64,000 bases of DNA from Tubulanus polymorphus (taxonomy: Eukaryota > Animalia > Nemertea). Within the stretch, counting starts at the first letter, position 1, and every line of letters starts with the position of its first letter. The notes below the pieces were generated by a model that was not told the DNA's origin, made no database searches, and saw only the letters and a program-made list of their open reading frames with translations. Location: contig NC_134025.1 in the NCBI RefSeq assembly GCF_964204645.1, positions 22,238,299 through 22,302,298 on the forward strand. The letters are read 5' to 3'. A program made the position numbers and the translations under genes. Positions 56,101-64,000 of this stretch are shown here, one piece after another.

Positions 56101-59100
56101 TCAAAGTAATTTCTTCCTTCAATGTATCAATTGCTCATGCATAAAAAGGTAAATGCTTGAATATAAAGAAATATATATATATATATAATCATCGTAAAGA
56201 TCGTTAAGGTTGAAATAAACCGCGCATCATTGTCATATAAAGATAATTGTTTCGACATTCAGAATATGATTTAATTTACATGCCACTGACCGAGATATGA
56301 ATATATTGAGACCCACATTCTATATTCGAACTATATAGTATAGTAATACATAGCAACGTATTTCCTGTGAAAACGAATACACAGACCCTGCTTACCTAGA
56401 CCTTATATTAGGACCAAATATTCTTAGGTACATAATTTCAATTATGGAATGTATTTCTGAGATATATTTTACCGTCTTAGAATTATCCTAATTATACAGA
56501 GTCTGGTAATATTTCCTATCGAAGCCTTTGCTCTGATGACATGCATAGTATATACATATCATATCAAGTAATGAAATAAACGGGTTTAGAGACGAAGCAT
56601 GTTTAAATATCACGTATCCGTATTTTCAGCAGAGAAAAAGATCTCAATCACCGTTCTTGATGCGACCTTGAATAGTTCATTTACGCCAAATACCGTTAAA
56701 ACTTACATTTCACCGTTTCGCGCATGCATGAAAGGATATTGAATATTGGATAGCGTTTTGATAAGTTCGCGTTCTACGTATGTACTTGTTCATATATCAT
56801 ATTTTATTGAAAAAAAAAGTAAACAATATATTGGAGGATATATCGATAGTTTCAGTGAATAGAGAGAGTATAATGATGGAGTAAAGCGAGGAATACATGC
56901 TGCTTGGCTGCCCCGAGAGCGGTCGCCCCCACCGGAATTTGCGCCAACAGCTTACCTGGCCTACCGCGGGATGATTGTGTTGTTCCGGTTGTTTTACCGG
57001 AAGTACTAACGGGGCTTTCGGTCGTACGACCAAGAATTACATCATCTACGTAACAACAAAATCATTGCGCAACCACAGATTAGTAAGGCTACCATATTGA
57101 TGCTATCAAACCGAAAGTCCCTACACGCATTTTAGAGGAAAATAAATTTATTGAAAAAACTCCGGAAAAGAAACGTTTAGACGGTAACCAAGAGGCAATA
57201 ATACGACAGTTCGTATATATCACCAGATGATCTAAACAAAAAGAATTTATACTACGAGCTTCAAAAATGTATTTCATATAGTGCCTACCTTCTTTGATTA
57301 GATTATGAGCCACGAGGTGACTCCTAGGTGCGAACCAATACGACATTTCATCAAAGGTGCCTCTGTAATATTTCCTGTCCGTCATATCTGCTCCGCGACC
57401 GATATAGACCTTGTGGTCTTTCGTTCTGCGGCCAGGATAATGTTGATAGTTGGCGGCAGACGAGACTTTATTATTGTTGATATAAAGTTGCAGACCCTTT
57501 TCCGGATGCCACGTCGCGTCGACCTTCTGCCATCGATTGGCGACGAAGGCGTTCGTGCTTGTCGTCCACACCTTGTCTTCGAGATAAAATTTAGCGTTCA
57601 GTTTACCGTTTTCGTAGTAAAGTTCGTAGTCGTCTGCGTACAAAAGGGTAGTTTTTTCACGAAGCGTGTCCGGTCTGAAGTACACCGAATACGTAAGACC
57701 GTGGGAACATACGCCGAGATTTCCGACGCAAGATTTCGATTGGTCACCCAAGTCGACATATTGGCTTCCTCCGTCCAGATGGATTGCATTGCCTTGCTGG
57801 AAAAACACGAGGTTTGTACATGTAAGCAAACCGTAGTGTCTCCCCCACGACATATATAGATGTAGATAGATCTACTTTTTTTTCTAATCCGACCCTCTAT
57901 TGCCTAAACAACTCACCTGGCCTGGAATCAAACCGGCTCCGTTATGAAGAGTAATGATAAAGTCTGGATGGGAAATGAGTTCACCATCTCGCCTCTCAAA
58001 CGGTATATTTCTATGTTCAACGTCGCCTAGAAATGAAAAAAAAAACTATTCTTGCGGAACTTTTTGTATCGATATGTATGGATTGTTTTGAGATTAATTT
58101 CTGCTCCTTTTTAACTGAAATTCCATGTTAGGAGCTACAAATTTTAGACTTAGACTAATCGGAATGTATTCTTAAGAAATTTTCGTTCCTGTATGTTAAT
58201 TTGAAAATCGTATTTGCTACTGAAAGAGAATATCACCTGCAACTTTCCGAACCTGAAAAACAACTCGTCCGTATAATAGATAAAGCATGCATCTTTGCGT
58301 TGTTAAGATAGTTATTTTAAAGCTGGCATTCCGATATACATGTCAGAGGCTGTTGGCATAGCCTACTTCAACTGAACTATGATTATACTTTTTCCTATCA
58401 GACAGTTTGTAAAATCGATGTGCGATATAAGTTCGGCGGACACTTTCCCGGTTTTACCTGTTCTGTTTAAAAAGGCAGAACCGGATGCACGGGGGGGGGC
58501 ATTTACCGCATTATGATGTAGTCGATTATGCATGGTTAGATGGGGTTGGCTTGCCTAGTGTGGATACGTTGGGCGTTGTAGTCCAGGAGCAACTCACTCG
58601 GGAGTGAATTGCTCCTGGACTATTGCCGGCAATACGTCGAAAACCGGGAAATTGCAACGGGCTTTAGAACTGTCAAGTAGTCAGATTCTGACATGTACTC
58701 CGATAGATCAGGCAGGTCGACAAGCGTCAAAGATTAAAAGCACAAAAGTTCTGTATTTACCATACAAACATACGAGGCTTTACTATATATTTTTCTTATC
58801 ATTGCAAACAAATCTTACACGTATAAAGTTTTTTTAGTGAGCGAAATCTTCATATAGAATTACAAAACAAACGACATCAGTGGTAAAAACTTGTGAAGAA
58901 ACAAATTAAATACGTGATCTGATCAATCACTTCATGCTTAACTTAATATGTTTACAAAAACAAAACACGTTTCTAGCTAGATAGACGCGAGATAATAGTT
59001 TATGTACACAAGTATAATCATGGATTGCTTTTGATTTCGCTGCTGTATTAGAAAAGCTGTGTTGCGAAGCTATAAGATTTAAAAGTTGTTCGTTTGGTTT

Positions 59101-62100
59101 AGCGTTAAATAGTCTAAACACTATAAACCGAGGCACGGGTTGCGAGAGGATTATACATTATTCAAGCTCGCATTTTACCTCTCAATAGCCAACCGTGGGC
59201 TATAAGTTCTTCCCTTCGACCGTACCAAAATTCGGTATCATCGAAATAGGCGTCGGCGTATCGGAATTTGCCGTCGTACGTATCGCGCCTATTCGCTCGT
59301 CCCATATAGAAATGATCGATTGTACTGGACGGAATACTGGCAAAATTCTGAGATCGGCCGTGGTCGACCAAAGCGTTATTGATGTAAAAATTCAGGTCCG
59401 TTTCGCGATGCCACGACAGTTCGACTAGATACCATCGATCGGGGACTAAATTCGGATAGGAGACGCGCCACGTCTTGCCGGGGACGGTCACGGTACCGTG
59501 TAGCATGCCGTCTTTGTAGAACAGCGTGATTCCCTTGTTTCGACCGCTCGAAAAATAATACATATTGTCACCGAATTTTCGAAACTTCAACCAGGTAGCA
59601 AAGGTAAACCCGTGGTCGCAGTATTGGGCATTTCCTAAGCATATCGTGTCGTGTTGACCCATGTCTATGTACTGTTTGTTACCGTTCAGTAATACGGCAT
59701 TTCCGAAATTTCCAGAAACGACCTTAGGAGTTCCGTACACTAATATTTGAAGTGATGGGTTGGTTAATCGGTTTCCTGCTATTCTATCCATGTATATGTT
59801 GTAGCTTTGCGGTATTCCTGAAAATTCCATTGGACAATAACATTGAAACAACGCCTGTGTACGCATTAAGATATTAAGTGTTTCAAGAAAATGGAAAATG
59901 AGATATCGTTTGATTGGAATTAGTTATTAACCTCACCCCTAAGAATGTATCCGAACGCCATCAGATAGCGTCTGTCCCCGTACCAATAGGATACATCATC
60001 TAGAATGACGTCACCATAATTTCTGTTGATCATATCGACATTTCCGCGACCGAAATAGAAGCGATTAAGATCCGGCCGGAAGCTATGACTTGCGCTCGAT
60101 TTTCGTTCGACGAACGAACCCGTCTGCGATACCAGCTCCAGGTTCAAATACAACTCCAGACCGGTATCCGGGCGCCAGCTTATTTCCAGATAATACCACT
60201 TCCTACGAATCAGTCCAGGTGTGGCTAGAGACCATATTCGCCTGGTCGTGGAAGCCATTACGTGTAGCCGCTGGGACACGTACTGCAGCGTTAGGCCGTT
60301 ATCTCCAGTTGAAAATATGTACGTATTATCTTCCAGTTTCATCATTCTCAGCCACAACGAAATCGTCATACCGTGACGACATTTATCGAGATTACCCAGA
60401 CACGAATCGTGTTCGCCTAAATCGGCGTACTGGCCAGCTCCGTTGAGTCGAAGTCCTCCCCAGATTTTACCGCGCGTGATTGCAGGTATCGGGCTACCGT
60501 GTACGTTCATTACAAATTTCGGATGGATAATTCTTCTGCTTCGGATGTAATCCATTCCGAAATATTGTTTTACCGGTTTTCCTAATATGTAATTTCAAAG
60601 ATTAGAGTAAAACAGGAGAGATCGAAAGGATTTCAGTTAATTGATAAAGTGTGCTCTGACCCCGCCATACCAATACGGTGACGGATGATATCAACCTATT
60701 TTACTAAAAATGATTTGATATAATATAATTGCAATATAATAGCGCATAATTGTGATATAAAATGATAATAATGATTATGAATTATTATGACGAGCCATGC
60801 ATTTATACTTTCGACAAACACAGGTATAGAATTTATAATTCGTACATATTTTCTAAATATTTCATAGCCGCCGCATTATTGCGCATTACATTTTTCACCT
60901 CACCTCTCAGGATGAAATCCGTCCAAATCAATGTCCGGCGATCGCCGTACCAAATTTCCAACTCGTCGACCAAAATACTAGTGTAGATATATGGACTTAC
61001 GGGTGAACGACCTATCCAGAAATTTTTGCCCTCGCCTTTATTGGGGGTAATGTCGAATACCCTCTTGTAAACGACTTTGTTTAGATCCATATAAAGCGAT
61101 ATACCAGCAGTTCTCGTCCAGGAAAGCTCTGCGAAGTGCCACTTTCCGATTTCGATTCCGTCGCTCTCGATACACCAGATACGGTCTCCTTCCTGAAAAC
61201 GAGCGACCAGTTTGCCATTTTTGATATACAAGCTAAACCCGTTCGGACCGGACGATAGAATGTAGTGCTCATCCTCCAGTTTAGCCACCGAGATCCAGAG
61301 CGACACGTATATGCCGAATTTGCACGTGCTGATATTGCCGATACATCGTTTAGACTGGTCGCCGAGGTTGACATATTGGTTTTGACCGCTTAACGCCAAC
61401 GCTTTACGAATTTTACCGTCGACGAGATGAGGTCGGCCGTAGGTAATTCCGGCTAAGAATTGCGAATCTAGTTTTATTCCTTCTAAGACGTCCATGGACA
61501 AACGAAAACGGGAAAAGGGACCTGGAATTGATGTTTATAGAATAGGACTCATTATACATTATGTTACATTGCATTAAACGCCAGAATTATCCTCATTTCC
61601 AGCTACTGGTGAACAAAAATTGCATGCTTTTTTAATCAAACCAATTCAATCAATAGTCAACGATATCCATGCGTTCCTGCACTACAAGGGGTACGGGGTT
61701 AGTAGGTATTTTTCTACGTCTTACGTACATACGCATTCGTATTACATCTAAGTATATCATTGTTTTAGCAAACATAAATCCAATTCTATAAATAAACCCA
61801 TAATTCCTCATAGAATAAAAACAATCACACAGAAAGTTACTCCAATCCATGCTGTTGCGTACGAATAATGAAAAATGATCTAAGTTTTTTTTTTATTATT
61901 CTTTTTTCATTTTCTTCGTCGGGACATTGGGTACTTACCATTCTCACGTATTTCTTCCAGCGTTTTATACTGTGACCAGAAATTGAACTCGTCTACGAGC
62001 AAATGACCAGTAGATGGGGGCGTCGAACCGTCGTTCGGGCGCCCGAGGTAGAACTCATTAAACTTGTCACCCACTAAACTACTCAAGCGTGTGACCGAGG

Positions 62101-62750
62101 CTTTCGAGTGGCCGGCTTCTTTTCCATTTATGTACAACTTCACGCCGTCCTTTTCGCGCCAGGTCGTCGCGACGTGGTACCAGCGATCCGGCTGGACGTT
62201 GTTCGACGATACGCGCCACTCTCTGCCGTTCTTTTTACGGAAAACGAACGCCAGTTGGCCCTTTTTGTAAGTCATCGCAACGCCATGGGAGTACGGGGTG
62301 TGACCACCGTTGGAGAGGTATACTTTTTCTTGATCACTTGGATTTTTAAATTTCAACCACATGTCCATCGTATATCCTTCGGAAAGATAAGAATACATGC
62401 GAAAATTATAAAATGATTGATGAATATATTTCGAACATAGAATAACTTAAAGATATCTACTTATATGAAGTAATAAATTGAAAAACAAATTCGGTGGATC
62501 GTTTAAGTTTCTGGGCATCAAATATTCCACATACCTTTGTCACATTTATCCAAGTCGCCAAAACATTCGTAACGTTGTCCGGGGCCGGCGAGTCGGACGT
62601 AACTGACCCGTCCATCGAGTTTGATGGCGTTGCCCGATACTCCACGCACCAGTACAGCCGTTCCTTTTACACTAGCATCGAGACCGGAGGGATTCACCAA
62701 AGTCGAACCCAAAACCAAATCGAACGGCAAGTTATAATGCGTTGTTCCAC
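38160..62750 (-). CDS. Giant single-pass protein: 6 pentraxin-like LamG + Pro/Thr stalk + neurexin-like LNS/EGF array + TM + Gly/Ala linker + WD40 repeats (5' end not identified)
   Basis: Phase-consistent GT-AG exons: 62750-62535, 62376-61939, 61521-60904, 60581-59937, 59817-59179, 58026-57917, 57796-57289, 57045-56956, 55529-55437, 55218-55156, 55029-54964, 54867-54802, 54710-54645, 54320-54255, 54041-53970, 53724-53683, 52801-52781, 52584-52462, 51173-50329, 50233-50102, 50020-49862, 49484-48632, 48299-48079, 47446-47338, 46768-46010, 45423-45304, 45203-45019, 44859-44583, 44482-44380, 44281-44262, 43976-43869, 43703-43519, 43164-42897, 42385-42286, 42168-42152, 42058-41948, 41846-41662, 41493-41226, 41101-40996, 40909-40524, 40438-39992, 39835-39636, 39440-39288, 39203-38550, 38441-38160. 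Motifs NDGKYHVVRF, DRLAFGF, CDCNMTSY, LVSASADGTLKVW, GHTDEVWCVAI..IASGSRDGTIRLW. Confidence 0.85.
43238..43501. mobile_element. Degenerate MITE with imperfect ~30-bp TIRs
   Basis: cgggcaaacttcgaataacggagttagtc ... gactaactacgaaaaccgaagttcgccctg; internal gactag/tagtc subrepeats. Confidence 0.55.
46856..47115. mobile_element. Diverged family-2 MITE copy
   Basis: ggtgactgattcgggccatactaaaagtttttcagtacggcta ... ttttctgtatggcccgtatcaaaccatag with ttctcgcacga subrepeats, matching 11518-11741. Confidence 0.75.
47645..48040. mobile_element. Family-1 MITE copy
   Basis: aattgctttgagtacggat ... atccgtactccgagtaatt; internal aaggactgcagaaaaaata and agattgaaa..taagatgaa shared with 7261-7778. Confidence 0.75.
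49545..49690. repeat. Degenerate (ATT/AAT)n low-complexity tract
   Basis: aataataatagtaat...tattattactattattgctat. Confidence 0.7.
51693..51924. mobile_element. Intronic inverted repeat (~90-bp arms) with hammerhead-like motif, probable Penelope-like terminal-repeat relic
   Basis: aataagtagaaccaatacgtgaaatgtgagg..cgtttcggcctaaaacctttatcaa mirrored by ttggtaaaggctttaaggccgaaacg..cctcacatttcacatattgtctctacttatt. Confidence 0.55.
53970..55529 (-). repeat. Tandem array of 63-93 nt phase-1 cassette exons encoding GP(V/I)GLNRPxAKTTTPGxxIGNP
   Basis: Nine related units with AG/GT ends. 55375-55309 is frameshifted (67 nt, TAG); 54467-54402 lacks its GT donor. Confidence 0.85.
55688..55898. mobile_element. 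Intronic inverted repeat (~90-bp arms) with CTGAAGA...GTCGAAACGTCG-AATAAA hammerhead-like motif
   Basis: tataaggagaatcagaaaaatgataacgaaaaaaa..tttattcgacatttcgact mirrored by agtcgaaacgtcgaataaa..tttttttcgttatcatttttggattccctttata. Confidence 0.6.
58579..58622. repeat. Near-perfect 44-bp palindrome in an intron
   Basis: tagtccaggagcaactcactc-gg-gagtgaattgctcctggacta (21-bp stem, one mismatch). Confidence 0.85.
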
Positions 62751-64000
62751 CTGAAAATAGCGTAGCAATTGAGAAATCGTTTTCTGAACTCAATCACTGC
62801 AAAAGTAGACTCGGCGATTTTAGGCTATTTATTTAGCCTGAACTTTTGGAGCCCTCCCTCGCTCCAGCATTCGATTCGTCCATTATATTCCCCGGACGAA
62901 GTCGGTTGGATATTGAGGTTTTTGCTGTACCCTCGTAACCTCGATAGCTCAAAAATCGGTAGTGAAAAATCCTTACATTTTAAGCAGGTGTGTGGCGACA
63001 TGAAGACGAACCCTTTTTAATTTCAAGGTAATCGCATGATTATGAAGGTAATCACATTCCGTTTAGCTGGCATAATACTGTGAATGTATGTTATGTAGAG
63101 CATTGATATTACACGTGAGAATGTTAGATGAAATTATCTATCGTTAACTGAATCTAGGTAATGATGCCATCCAAGGTGGCTGACTGGTGGCCATCTTTAA
63201 TTCCGAACATGTAAATTTTGTCCTATAACCGTGAATGTATTCTTATTGAGCTATCTTGTGAACTTTTCTGGGAATTACGGATGAGAAACTAAATTTGCAT
63301 AGAAATTTTTGTGGTTTTTGAATCGATCATTCACTGTAAATTATTCATTGATGAAAAGGGATGTTGATGCCGGCCTGAGTTTGAGGGGTTATTCTGGGGA
63401 TGTCCTGGAAATATACTAATTGTGTTCGCAGGGCGAACGTGAAACTCCAGTTTGTTGACCTGTATCTAATACAATTTACAAATTACGTTAAGTAGATATT
63501 ATGAAAACCATACAAATTCCAGTTTGTTTGATGAAAGATCGCTTTGATACAACGTTTGCTTTTCCTATTCATTGCATGGTTCTTTTATGAAATTCGAAAG
63601 GAAATTAATATATTAAACCAGCCAGTCGTTTTTTAAAAGAGAAATCCACTTCGATGATTAATACGCTTAACCCACATTGACACTAGCTCAATAGATCAAT
63701 TAATCTCACACGCAAATCACGTCATTATTATGCATATGAACGTCCGCCTGATTTCATTTATAAGAGGCTTAAACAATCGCAAAATTTCTTTTGTGTACGC
63801 ATAAATAAAAAGACCTATTTTCCCATACAACTAAGACTTGTAAAAAGAAAGAATCGAGGAACAATTATAGGTCGTTTGATCGTAACTTCAAGAGCCAAAC
63901 TTAAAAAATGTCACTCTAAACCAGGTAGATGACACGAATTAAGAAATCAATCATCGTATGATCCTAATCTTTGAAGTCTTTGAACTTAATGATTTTATAA

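Noticed and set aside
57305-57859. Long plus-strand ORFs over LamG exons (also 49077-49535, 60090-60446)
   Set aside because: Opposite-strand shadows of GC-richer coding exons
62770-63460. Candidate first or upstream exons of the giant gene
   Set aside because: Possible splice sites exist (e.g. donor near 62975), but they give no signal peptide or hit stops; the 5' end remains undetermined

Overview
AT-rich, intron-rich eukaryotic (invertebrate animal, probably lophotrochozoan; taxon is inference) genomic DNA, so the ORF track shows only exon fragments. I reconstructed exons by hand from GT-AG sites and reading-frame phase. Three loci are present. (1) 1-5134, minus strand: an acidic protein with four AT-hook motifs, running off the left edge. 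(2) 6680-36102, plus strand: a tandem array of four genes encoding signal peptide + four L1/neuroglian-like Ig domains + EGF + TM + short tail. One copy (A) is old and lesioned. Three (B, C, D) are recent ~7.7-kb duplicates with mosaic ancestry, a hypervariable Ig2 patch and three different tail lengths. (3) 38160 to at least 62750, minus strand: one phase-consistent gene of ~45 exons and ~3,730 codons in the window. It encodes six pentraxin-like LamG domains, a Pro/Thr stalk built from tandem 63-72 nt cassette exons, an alpha-neurexin-like LNS/EGF ectodomain with a triplicated EGF3-LNS6 module, a TM helix, a Gly/Ala low-complexity linker and an intracellular WD40 domain. Introns and intergenic DNA carry several MITEs, microsatellites and hairpins with hammerhead-like (Penelope-type) motifs. 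No rRNA, tRNA or CRISPR was recognised.
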